Part shown: positions 11,823 to 23,909 of the stretch, piece after piece
Numbering within the stretch: the stretch's first letter is position 1
Layout of the letters: each line of letters starts with the position of its first letter
Origin: Squalus acanthias
Lineage: Eukaryota
Length of the DNA stretch: 64,000 nt
Assembly: GCA_030390025.1 (NCBI GenBank)
Contig: CM059432.1
Location: 744,001-808,000, forward strand
Direction of reading: 5' to 3'
Notes under the pieces: generated by a model
What the model was told of the DNA's origin: nothing
What the model saw: the letters and a program-made list of their open reading frames with translations, nothing else
The model's database searches: none
Program-made: the position numbers and the translations under genes

Positions 11823-11834
11823 TATTTTTTTTAA

Positions 11835-12502
11835 ATTTGTTTATGGGATGTGGGTGTCGCTGGCAAGGCCAGCATTTATTGCCCATCCCTAATTGCCCTT
11901 GAGAAGGTGATGATGAGCCACTTTCTTGAACCACTGCAGTCCATGTGGTGAAGGTACTCCCACAGTGCTATTAGGGAGGGAGTTCCAGGATTTTGACCCA
12001 GCGACGATGAAGGATCGGCGATATACTTCTAAATCAGGATGGTGTGTGACTTGGAGGGGAACTTGGAGGTGGTGGTGTTCCCATGCGCCTGCTGCCCTTG
12101 TCCTTCTAGGTGGAAGAGGTCGCGGGTTTGGGAGGAGCTGCCGAAGAAGCCTTGGCGAGTTGCTGCAGTGCATCTTGTAGATGGTACACACTGCAGCCAC
12201 GGTGCGCCGGTGGTGGAGGGAGTGAACGTTTAAGGTGGTGGATGGGGTGCCAATCAAGCTGCTTTGTCCTGGATGGTATCGAGCTTCTTGAGTGTTGTTG
12301 GAGCTGCACTCATCCAGGCAAGTGGAGAGTATTCCATCACACTCCTTACTTGTGCCTTGTAGATGGTGGAAAGGCTTTGGGGAGTCAGGAGGTGAGACAC
12401 TCGCCATAAATACTGTGGCAACAAGAGCAGGTCAGAGGCTAGGTATTCTGTGGCGAGAGTTTCACCTCCTGACTCCCCAAAGCCTTTCCACCATCTACAA
12501 GG
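11835..12502 (-). mobile_element. Second-family CR1-group LINE 3' fragment with fold-back 5' end
   Basis: LSTIYKAQVRSVMEYSPLAW and KSWNSLPNS motifs; inverted arms at 12355-12406 and 12451-12502. Confidence 0.82.
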
Positions 12503-12941
12503 AAACACTCAGCAGGTCAGGTCATCCCTGGACATTAATCGGCCAGATTTTAACTCCCCGATGGGAAACGAGCAGAGGCAGACGGTGATCCCGCGTGCAG
12601 TGCTTTTCAGTGGCGCGGCTGTTTTAACTCTGGCAGTTGAGGACGGAGATCAGGCAGTCTGGAGGTTGGCCGTCAGCAGCAAGGTAAGTCCTGAAGTAGT
12701 GGGTTTCCGAGGGTCTTGCGAGCTGAGGTGGGGGATTGGGGGCAGGGTGGTTGGGGAGTGAGTGGGGAGAAGCCCAGGGCAGCACACTTTCCATGTGGGG
12801 CCCGGAAAATCAATCCTCCTGCTTCTCAGGAACAACACAAAGGCAAGTTCTTTTGCACGTAGTCCAGTTTTGAATAAAATATGATGCAATATAGTATGCG
12901 AAACAACTTGATGTCATCCCGTCCACCACCTTAAACATTTA

Positions 12942-13834
12942 GGGGTAAAAATTCAGTTGGTTGCGCCTCCCGTTAACGCCTTAAGAGGGCGCTAATGGGG
13001 CGCAAAGCCGCTAACGCCCGGGCGCAGCGATGTTTGCGCCGCTCGGGAACTTAACTTGACATTGTGCGGCGGCGCTAAAACTTACCGCTGCGACCACCTG
13101 CGCGCACAGATTGTGACGTCATTCCATGGTGCAACGCCCTTGGGGCGCCCCGGCGCGGAAATTGAGTGGCGCCCCCTGCCTTACCGCCTGGCGCTTCCAA
13201 CGACCAGAAGACTGGAACACTATCAATCGCTGTGGGGCTGGGGGGGGCGCTATTTAAAGGGGGCCTCTTCCTGTCTTATTTTGTTGGTGGCATTTTTGAA
13301 CTACGCATTCTGAGAGCGAGAGGGAGAGACTTCTGGAGAGATTCAACGTTGTGTGAAGGAGTTTTGGGTACTGAGCAGCACTTTGCAGGTTCATTTTGAT
13401 TTGCCATTCCTTGTATCGATTTAGCAGAGACTGTGGGAGCTGCACTCTGAGCTCTTTGCCTGGTACTCTCCATTGTTCTTTCCAGCACATTTGATGTGCA
13501 AGTCTCTCCAGGCCGAGATTCAAGGCTGCAATGAACAGGATGTGGATGGAAAGCAAGATTAACCATCCCCTTTAAGAACTGGCCCGTGCCATTGTGTGTG
13601 TGTTCCATTGCTGACTGACATTACATGAGCTTCGCCAGCGCTCTGAGTTAGCGCCTCACTGCTCGGCCTTTGCGCCTTAAGACAGGTGTGCAGCGCCTGC
13701 TTTAGCGCTCCACTCACCTCCCGGGGCGGTAAAAGTGAAGTTTCCAGTCAGTGCCGATAATTAGCGCCAGGCGCTAATATTTGCGTCCAGATGATATTTG
13801 CGCCCCAAATGGGGCGCGACCTAATTTCTACCCC
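12942..13834. mobile_element. Non-autonomous Harbinger deletion derivative, 893 bp
   Basis: TIRs GGGGTA(A/G)AAATT. TSD TTA (12939-12941, 13835-13837). Subterminal GC repeats resemble 7080-7205. It interrupts a LINE fragment at AAACATT(C/T)ACTCCC. Confidence 0.88.
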
Positions 13835-14294
13835 TTACTCCCTCCACCACCGGCGTACCGTGGCTGCAGTGTGTACCATCTACAAGATGCACTGCAGCAA
13901 CTCGCCAAGGCTTCTTCGACAGCACCTCCCAAATCCGCGACCTCTACCATCTAGAAGGACAAGGACAGCAGGCGCATGGGAACATCACCACCTCCAAGTT
14001 CCCCTCCAAGTCACACACCATCCTGACTATTTCCACTGGTCACTGAATGGGTAACCAGAGGACGTAACTCTCCTTAGGTGAATCTTTCGGGAAGCCAGCA
14101 AGCTACACTTACCTTGCTAGCTTCTCGAAATATTCACCTAAGGAGCACCCGACTCAGGAGCAGGTTAAAATGCCATTGGGGTCCCGCATGCGATGTGGAA
14201 CCCCAATTTGTATTTTTTAATGAGACTCCCACCACAAAACAAAGGGCATTAAAATCACACATCGTGGGAACGGCGTGGGACTTGAAGCTGCTCC

Positions 14295-14603
14295 GAGATC
14301 TCTGCACTCCTCCAAATCCGGCCTCTTGAGCATCCCCGATTTTAATCGCTCCACCATTGGCGGCTGTGCCTTCAGCTGCCTAGGCCCTAAGCTCTGGAAT
14401 TCCCTCCCCAAACCTCTCCGCCTCTCTCTCCTCCTTTAAGACACTTCTTAAAACCTACCTCTTTGACCAAGCTTTTGGTCATCTGTCCTAATATCTCCTT
14501 ATGTCGCTTGGTGTCAAATTTTGTTTGATAATCGCTCCTGTGAAGTGCCTTGGGACAGTTTATTATGTTAATGACGCTATATAAATGCAAGTTGTTGTTG
14601 TTG
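14295..14603 (+). mobile_element. L2 LINE 3' fragment
   Basis: AAGCTCTGGAATTCCCTCCC...GCTATATAAATGCAAGTTGTTGTTGTT tail. Confidence 0.8.
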
Positions 14604-15734
14604 TTAACTGCTCCCCACCTCCTTTCCTCCTGATCAAGGAGAGTTAAAATCTCCCCCTTAGGTAGTCAGTCAATAGGACCATCAATTAATTAAAGAAGAA
14701 ATTACCATCATCAATCCTTCTCAATAAGTATCTTCTTATGGACTTTCTCCATATCAATTCAGCAACCGCTTTCATTCATGTAACACTGCCAATCAAAGAA
14801 TTTTACAGCACAAAAGGAGGCCATTCAGCCCATCATACCTGTGCTGGCTCTCTGAAACATCGATCCACTTAGTGCCATTTCCCCAGCCTTTTCGACATAT
14901 ACTTTCCAACTTTTCTTTTTCAAATATTTACCCGCTTTCCTTTTAAAAACTATTACTTATACATCTTGCCTTATTGTTTCATAGAATCATAGAAATTTAC
15001 AGCACGGAAGGAGGCCATTCGGCCCACCGTGTCCGCGTTGGCCGACAAAGAGCTACCCACCCTAATCCCACTTTCCAGCTCTTGGTCCATAGCCCTGTAG
15101 GTTACGGTACTTCAAGTGCACATCCAAGCACTTTTTAAATGTGATGAGGGTTTCTGACTCCACCACCCTTTCAGGCAGTGAGTTGGGCATTCCATATCCT
15201 AACACCCTCTGCATGGAAACATTTTCCTAGCCTTGTCCTTCATTCCTTTAGTGATCTTCTTAGATTTATGCCCTCCAGTTACTAATTCAGTGACCTGTGG
15301 AAATAGTTCCACTCTATTTACTTTATTAAAGTCCTCCACAATTTTGCATACCTCCATCAGATCTCCTCTCAACCTTCTCTGTTCTAATGAAAAGAGGCCC
15401 AGTTTGTCTAGTGTCTCTTTGCAACTCATCCCTTTCATTCCTGGTATCACCTTTGCGAGTCTTTTTTGTACCTTAAACGATTCCAGGGTTTTTGTCTCCT
15501 CCAATCTATCTGGAAGTTTCTAGATTCTGTGGGGACTGTGATTACTCTCAGCATTTTAAGTTGCAGGCCACTAGGGCCCACTGCCTTTTCCACTTCGAGA
15601 TCCACCAATTTTTCTAGTACTACTTCCTATGCTATCTAATTGTTCCAATTCCTCCTCTAGGATACTTTCATTTCCAGTACCAGCAACAACAACTTGCATT
15701 TATATAGTGCCTTTAATGAAAGAAGGAAGCAAAG

Positions 15735-18700
15735 AAAGAAAGACTTGCATTTATATAACATTTTTCACGACCTCAGGACGTCCCAAAGTGCTTTACAGCC
15801 AATGAAATACTTCTGAATTGTAGTCACTGTTGTAATGTAGAAAACACAGCGACTAATTTGTGCACAGCAAGCTCCCAAAAATAGCAATGTGATAATTACC
15901 AGACAATCTGATTGCGATGTTGGTTAAGGGATAAATATTGGCCCCAGGATACCAGGGAGAACTCCCCTGCTCTTCTTTGAAATAGTGCCATGGGATCTTT
16001 TACATCCACCTGATAGGGCAGACGGGGCCTCGGTTTAACGTCTCATAAGAACATAAGAACATAAGAAATAGGAGCAGGAGTAGGCCATTCGGCCCTTCGA
16101 GTCTGCTCCGTCAGTCAATGAGAATCATGGCTGATCTTCTGCCTCCACTCCATTCACCGGCTCTATCGCCATATCCCTTGACGCCCTTTCTAGTCATAAA
16201 TCTATCGACAAGAGCTGGGGCCACGTTGGATTTGGTACTGGGTAATGAACCGGGCCAAGTGTTTGATTTGTATGTGGGAGAGCACTTTGGAGATAGTGAC
16301 CACAATTCGGTAACTTTCACTATTGCAATGGAGAGGGATAGGGCCATACGGCAGGGCAGGGTTTATAATTGGGGGAGGGGTAATTATGATGCGATTAGGC
16401 AAGAATTAGGGAGTATAAGATGGGAACAGAAACTATCAGGGAAAGGCACAAACGAAAAGTGGAGCTTTTTCATGGAGCAATTACTGCGTGTCCTTGATAG
16501 GTATGTCCCTGTCAGGCAGGGAGGAAATGGCCGAGTGAGAGAACCATGGTTCACAAAAGAGGTTGAATGTCTAGTCAAGAGGAAAAAGGAAGCGTATGTA
16601 AGGATGAGAAAACAAGGTTCAGTTGGGTCGATTGAGGGGTACAAGGTAGCAAGGAATGAGCTAAAAAAAGAGCTTAGGAGAGCTAGGAGGGGGCATGAGA
16701 AGTCCTTGGCGGGTCGGATCAAGAAAAACCCCAAGGCCTTTTACTCTTATGTGAGAAATAAAAGAATGACCAGGGTGAGGGTAGGGCCGGTCAAGGACAG
16801 TAGTGGGAACTTGTGCATGGAGTCAGAAGAGATAGGAGAGGTGATGAATGAATACTTTTCGTCAGTGTTCACCGAGGAGAGGGGCCATGTTCTTGAGGAT
16901 GAGAGTGTGATAAAGGTGGATAGGCTGGAGGTGGTAGATGTTCTGAGGGAAGATGCTTTAGCAATTTTGAAGAACCTGAGGGTCGATAAGTCCCCTGGGC
17001 CAGATGGGATATATCCTAGGATTCTTTGGGAGGCAAGGGAGGAGATTGCAGAGCCTCTGGCTTTGATCTTTGGGTCCTCACTGTCCACGGGAATGGTGCC
17101 AGAGGACTGGAGAGTGGCGAATGTTGTTCCTCTCTTCAAGAAAGGAAATAGGAATGACCCTGGTAATTATAGGCCGGTTAGTCTTACTTCGGTGGTTGGT
17201 AAGATAATGGAAAAGGTCCTGAGGGATAGGATTTATGACCATTTGGAAAGGGGCAACTTAATCAGGGATAGTCAACACGGATTCGTGAAGGGTAAGTCTT
17301 GCCTAACAAATTTGATTGAATTCTTTGAGGAGGTAACTAAGTGTGTAGATGAAGGTAGAGCAGTTGATGTCGTATACATGGATTTTAGTAAGGCGTTTGA
17401 TAAGGTTCCCCATGGTCGTCTCATGAAGAAAGTAAGGAGTTGTGGGATAGAGGGAAATTTGGCCGATTGGATAAGTAACTGGCTATCTCATAGAAGGCAG
17501 AGGGTGGTGGTGGATGGAACATTTTCGGACTGGAGACCAGTTACCAGCGGTGTGCCACAGGGGTCGGTGCTGGGTCCTCTGCTGTTTGTGATTTTTATCA
17601 ATGCCTTGGAGGAGGGGACTGAAGGGTGGATCAGTAAATTTGCTGATGACACCAAGATTGGTGGAGCAGTGGATGAGGTGGAGGGCTGTTGTAGGCTGCA
17701 AAGAGACATTGATAGGATGCAGAGCTGGGCCGAAAAATGGCAGATGGAATTTAACCCTGATAAGTGCGAGGTGATTCATTTTGGTAGGGCAAATTTGAAT
17801 AAGGATTACAGGGTCAACGGCAGGGTTCTGAGGAACGTGGAGGAGCAGAGGGATCTGGGGGTTCATATCCACAGATCTCTGAAGGTTGCCACTCAAGTGG
17901 ATAGAGCAGTAAAGAAGGCCTATGGTGTGTTGGCGTTTATTAACAGAGGGTTTGAGTTTAAGAACCGTGAGGTTATGCTGCAACTGTACAGGACCTTGGT
18001 GAGACCACATTTGGAATATTGTGTGCAGTTCTGGTCACCTCACTATAGGAAGGACGTGGAAGCATTGGAAAGAGTGCAAAGGAGATTTACCAGGATGCTG
18101 CCTGGTTTGGGGGGGAGGTCTTATGAGAAAAGATTGAGGGAGTTGGGGCTTTTCTCTTTAGAGCGGAGGAGGATGAGAGGCGACTTAATAGAGGTTTATA
18201 AGATGATGAGGGGGATAGATAGAGTGGGTGTTCAGAGACTATTTCCTCGGGTAGAGGCAGCTGTTACAAGGGGGCATAACTATAAGGTGCATGGGGGGAG
18301 ATATAGAAGGGATGTCCGAGGTAGATTCTTTACTCAGAGAGTGGTTGGGGTGTGGAATGGACTGCCTGCTGTGATAGTGGAGTCGGACACTTTAGGAACT
18401 TTCAAGCGGTTATTGGATAAGCACATGGAGCACACCAGAGTGATAGGGAGTGTGATAGCTTGATCTTGGTCTCGGACAATGCTCGGCACAACATCGAGGG
18501 CTGAAGGGCCTGTACTGTGCTGTACTGTTCTATGTTTCTATGTTTTTTCTATGTTTCTGTTTTGAATATACCCAATGACTGAGCCTCCACAGCCCTCTGG
18601 GGTAGAGAATTCCAAAGATTCACCACCCTCTGTGTGAAGAAATTTCTTCTCATCTCAGTCCTGAATGGCCTACCCTTTATCCTGAGGCTGTGGCCCCTGG

Positions 18701-19775
18701 TTCTAGACTCTCCAGCCAAGGGAAATATTCTCCCAGCATCCACCCTATCAAGCCCTGTAATAATTTTGTATGCTTCAATGAGATCCCCTCTCATTCGTCT
18801 GAATTCAAGAGAAGCCAGGCCTAGTTTACTCAGTCTCTTCTCATACGACAGTCCTGCCATCCCAGGAATCAATCTCGTGAACCTTCGTTGCATTCCCTCT
18901 ATGGCAAGTATATCCTTCCTTAGGTAAGGAGACCAAAATTGTACACAGTACTCCAGGTGTGGTCTCACCAAGGCCCTATATAATTGGAGTAAGACTTCTT
19001 TACTCCTGTACTCAAATCCTCTTGTAATGAAGGCCAGCATACCATTTGCCTTCCTAATGGCTTGCTGCACCTGCACATTCACTTTCAGTGACTCATGTAC
19101 AAGGACACCCAGGTCCCTTTGAGCATCTGCATTCCCCAATCTTTCACCATTTAGGAAATACTCTGCCTTGCTGTTTTTTCTACCAAAGTGAATAACTTCA
19201 CATTTATCCACATTATAATCCATCTGCCATGTTCTCGCCCACTCACTGAGCCTGTCGAGATCCCCTTGAAGCCTCTTCACATCCTCTTCACAACTGACAC
19301 TGCCACCTAGCTTTGTATCATCAGCAAATTTGGAAATGTTACATTTAGTCCCCTTATCCAAATCATTGATATAGATTGCGAATAGCTGGGGCCCAAGCAC
19401 CGATCCTTGCGGTACCCCACTAGTCACAGCCTGCCATCCTGAAAAAGACCCGTTTATCCCTACTCTTTGTTTTCTGTCTGTTCACCAAATCTCAATCCAT
19501 GCTAGTATATTACCCCAATTCCATGTGCCCTAATTTTGTTCACCAACCTCTTGTGTGGGACCTTATCGAAGGCCTTCTGAAAATCCAAATACACCACATC
19601 TACCGGTTCTTCTTTGTCTACTCCACTAGTTACATCCTCAAAGAACTCCAATAGGTTTGTCAAACAGGATTTCCCTTTCATAAATCCATGTTGACTGAAA
19701 GACGGCACCTCTGACAGTGCAGCACTCCCTCAGTACTGCACTGGGAGTGTCGGCCTAGATTATGGGCTCAAGTGT
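15735..19775 (-). mobile_element. Three-level nest: Deu-domain SINE, containing a minus-strand CR1 (about 16045-19695), containing a plus-strand CR1
   Basis: The SINE breaks at GGTTTAACGTCTCAT (16045) and resumes at GAAAGACGGCACC (about 19697). Minus ORFs 18549..19427 and 19502..19708 are CR1 RT. Confidence 0.85.
16208..18545 (+). mobile_element. Young 5'-truncated CR1 LINE with an uninterrupted ORF2 segment (about 750 codons, complete RT domain)
   Basis: ORF 16118..18463 has [40 protein letters not shown] and FADDTK, followed by a (TTCTATGT)n tail. Most of the endonuclease is absent. Confidence 0.93.
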
Positions 19776-20184
19776 AACTTTGGTCATGAGCTGTTTGATC
19801 ACATGTCATTTGATTGCAGCAGTTTGCAAGTGTTCTTGCATTTATCGTATAAAGGTTGGTTCTGTGTATCCGAGTGTCCTTGCTCCCCAGGAACCTAAAT
19901 AAAAAGATTTTTGCTCAGTGACGGGTCTGAGTATCAGGAAATTGAAAGTTGCACTTTCACATCTCCCAAAGCCTCTGAGAAATCGAAGGTGATCCATTTT
20001 TAAAAAAACTCAAACAAAAGCAGATTCAATGGTAATATTCAAAAGGGAATTGGATCTCGACTTCAAAAGGAAAGATTTTCAGACCTATGGTGAAAGAGCA
20101 GGTGAGGAGTGGGACTACTTGGATAGCTCTTTCAGAGAGCCAGCACTGGCACGATTGGCTGAATGGCTTCCTTCTGTGCTGTAT

Positions 20185-21290
20185 AAGAACATAAGAAATA
20201 GGAGCAGGAGTAGGCAATTTGGCCCTTCGAGCCTGCTCTGCCATTCAATAAGATCATGGCTGATCTTCTACCTCATCTCCACTTTCCTGAACTATCCCCA
20301 TATCCCTTGATTCCCTTAATAATCAAAAATTTATCAATCTCTGTCTTGAATATACTCAACGACGAGGAAATTTCTCCTCATCTCAGTCCTAAATGGCCGA
20401 CCCCTTATTCTGAGACTGTGACCCCTGGTTCTAGACTTCCCAGCCAGGGGAAACATCCTCCCTGCATCTACCCTGTCAAGCCCTGTAAGAATTTTGTATG
20501 CTTCAATGAGATCACCTCTCATTCTTCTAAACTCTAGAGAATATAGGCCTAGTTTACTCAATCTCTCCTCATCGGACAATCCCCCCATCCCAGGAACCAG
20601 TCTGGTGAACCTTCGTTGCACTCCCTCTATGGCAAGTATATCCTTCCTTAGGTAAGGAGATCAAAACTGTACACAATACTCCAGGTGTGGTCTCACTAGG
20701 GCCCTATATAATTGCAGTAAGATGTCTTTACTCTTATACTCAAATCCTCTTGTAATAAAGGCCAACATACCATTTGCTTTCCTAATTGCTTGCTGTACCT
20801 GCATGTTAACTTTCAGTGATTCGTGTACAAGGACACCCAGGTCCCTCTGAACACAAACATTTCCCAATCTCTCACCTTTTAAAAAATACTCTGCTTTTCT
20901 ATTTTTCCTACCAAAGTGGATAACTTCACATTTCTCCACATTATATTCCATTTGCCATGTTCTTGCCCACTTACTTAGCCTTTCTATATCCCCTTGAAGC
21001 CTCCTTACATCCTCCTCACAACTTACATTCCCACCCAGCTTTGTATCATCAGCAAACTTGGATATATTATATTTGGTCCCCTCATCCAAATCATTGATGT
21101 AGATTGTGAATAGCTGAGGCCCAAGCACTGATCCTTGCGGTACCCCACTAGTTACAGCCTGCCAACCCGAAAATTTCCCGTTTATTCCTACTCTCTGTTT
21201 TCTGTCCGTTAACCAATCCTCAATCCATGCTAGTATATTATCCCCAATCCCATGAGCCCTAATTTTGTTTAATAACCTCTTGTGTGGTAC
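20185..21290 (-). mobile_element. CR1 LINE 3' fragment
   Basis: ORFs 20661..21314 ([16 protein letters not shown]) and 20334..20621. Confidence 0.88.
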
Positions 21291-22039
21291 ATTGTATGAT
21301 TTTATGAAAAGCAAAAAATGCTGGGAACACTGGAAAATCTCTAAAGGAAGGAAAATGTTAATATATCAGGCATAGCCCTCCATCAACACACAAAGAGATT
21401 ACCCATTCCCTTGAAAACATCAAATCGAATCTTGAACCCACAGTCTGTTGGTTACTGGTGGTATAATGGCAGGTTTCTATAATGGCTGACACGATAGTTT
21501 TGCTGCAGATGTCCTAGTGGTATAGAGTTAGGCCTGTGGCAGATTTCCATGATGATTTAATGATAGATAAGCAGTAGGATCTCTGGGAATCTAATTGTGG
21601 GCCTGGAACATGTTCATTATGGTTTACTGGTGGGTTTACTGATAATTTCCCAGCAGCTTACTCTAATTTGCTGGCGGTTTAGTATTGGGTTTGTGGCAGA
21701 TTCCTTGGCAATGCCTCAGAGGTTGCATCTGATTCCCTGATAGCTCGCTACCGCATGACTGGTTGTCTTATTGTTGGTCTGTTTATCATAGAATCATAGA
21801 AGTTTACGGCACAGAAGGAAGCCATTCGGCCCATCGTGTCTGTGCCGGCCGAAAAAGAGCTCTCCAGCCTAATCCCACTTTCCAGCTCTTGGTCTGTAAC
21901 CTTGTCGGTTACGGCACTTCAAGTGCATATCCAAGTACTTTTTAAATGCGATGAGAGTTTAGATTGCTGGTAGTAAGGAAGTGTGTCTAATTCTCTGGCC
22001 ATCTACATCATAAACTTGGTGATCTCTTCTGGAAGGAAT

Positions 22040-22385
22040 GCCGCACTGTCGGAGGTGCCGTCTTTCGGATGAGACGTTAAACCGAGGCCCCGTCTGCCCT
22101 CTCAGGAGGACAAAAAAAATCCCACGGCCACAATTTGTAGAAGAGCCACGGAGTTCTCCCTGGTGGCCTGGGGCCAATATTTCTCCCTCAACTAACACCT
22201 AAAAAACAGATTATCTGGTCATTATCACGTTGCTGTTTGTGGGAGCTTGCTGTGCGCAAATTGTCTGTCGCGTTTCCTACATTACAACACTGACTACACT
22301 TCAAAAAGTACTTCATTGGCTGTAAAGCGCTTTGGGATGTCCTGAGGTTGTGAACGGTGCTGTGGAAATGCAAGTCTGTCTTTTT
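22040..22385 (+). mobile_element. Deu-domain SINE, 5' truncated
   Basis: GGAGGTGCCGTCTTTCGGATGAGACGTTAAACCGAGG core and the same body as 27149-27597. Confidence 0.8.
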
Positions 22386-22504
22386 TCTGCCTTGCTCCAA
22401 GGTTGAGAAAATGAGCAAATATGAAGTTAAGCCAAATGTCGCTCTGCATAAATGGCATTGCACAAGGTTTGATGCTCTCAGGTGGTAGTGCATCTGGATG
22501 AAAT

Positions 22505-23685
22505 ATAAGAACATAAGACCATAAGAAAGAGGAGCAGGAGTCGGCCATTCGGCCCCTCGAGCCTGCTCCGCCATTCAATAAGATCATGGCTGATCTGATC
22601 TTGGCCTCAACTCCACTTTCCCGCCCGCTCCCCATAACCCTCGACTCCCCTGTAGCTCAAATATCTGTCTATCTCCGCCTTGAATATATTCACTGACTCC
22701 GCCTCCACAGCCCTCTGGGGTAGTGAATTCCAAAGATTCACGACCCTCTGAGAGAAGAAATTCCTCCTCATTTCCGTTTTAAATGGGCGACCCCTTATTC
22801 TGAAACTGTGCCCACTAGTTCTAGATTCCCCCACGAGGGGAAACATCCTTCCTGCATCTACCCTGTCAAGCCCCCTCAGAATCTTATATGTTTCAATAAG
22901 ATCACCTTTATAAAGCGCTGGTTAGGCCACAACTGGAGTATTGCATCCAGTTCTGGTCACCACACTTTAGGAAGGATGTGAAGGCCCTTGAGAGGGTGCA
23001 GAGGAGATTTACCAGAATGGTTCTGGGGATGGGGGAATCTTAGCTACAAGGACAGGTTGGAGAAGCTGGATTTGTTTTCATTAGAACAAAGGAGGTTGAG
23101 GGGTGATTTGATAGAGGTGTACAAGATTATGACGGGTTTGGATAGGCTAGACAGGGAAAGGCTGTTCCCACTAGTTGATGGTACAAGGACTAGGGGACAC
23201 AGATTTAAGGTTTTGGGCAAAAGATACAGGGGGGATGTGAGGAAAACTTTTTTACGCAGCGAGTGGTGATGACCTGGAATTCGCTGCCGGTGGAAGCAGA
23301 GACACTCAATGTTTTCAAGGGGAGGCTGGATAGGCACTTGAGGGAAATAAACTTGCAGGGCTATGGGGATAGAGCAGGTGTAATGGGACTGACTGGATTG
23401 CTCCACAGAGAGCCGGCACGGACGCGATGGGCCGAATGGCCTCCTTCTGTGCCGTTATGACTCTATGACTCTATGATTCTTCTAAACTCCAGTGAGTATA
23501 GGCCCAACATGCTCAACCTTTCTTCATAAGACAACCCCTTCATCTCAGAAATCAACCTGTTGAACCTTCTCTGAACTGCCTCCAATGCAAATATATCCCT
23601 CCTTAAATAAGGAGACCAAAACTGCATGCAATACTCTAGATGTGGTCTCACCAGCGCCCTGTACAGTTGTAGCAAGACTTCCCTA
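22505..23685. mobile_element. Cluster of CR1 3' fragments: a minus-strand copy split by a plus-strand copy at about 22910-23475
   Basis: ORFs 22607..22846 (-), 22988..23269 (+) and 23463..23726 (-) carry CR1 C-terminal motifs and tails. Confidence 0.8.
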
Positions 23686-23909
23686 GACAGAGTATGTGAC
23701 ATTAGGTTATGTACAGAATTTTGCATGGTTGAGTGAGAATCATTACATCATCTGGCGTTGGCTGTAAACTTAGGGAAATACCTGATGATCTTGAAAGTAA
23801 AAGTAGGAGAATGCCTATTTATTTTCCAAAAACGAACAACTTGTTGATGAAACTGAAAGAACACACAACGTTGAAACATGCAGGGTTATGGAATTACCCC
23901 TGTACTGAA

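Noticed and set aside
16118..16207. N-terminus of the 781-aa ORF
   Set aside because: Chance read-through from the antisense 3' end of the host CR1, not a real start.
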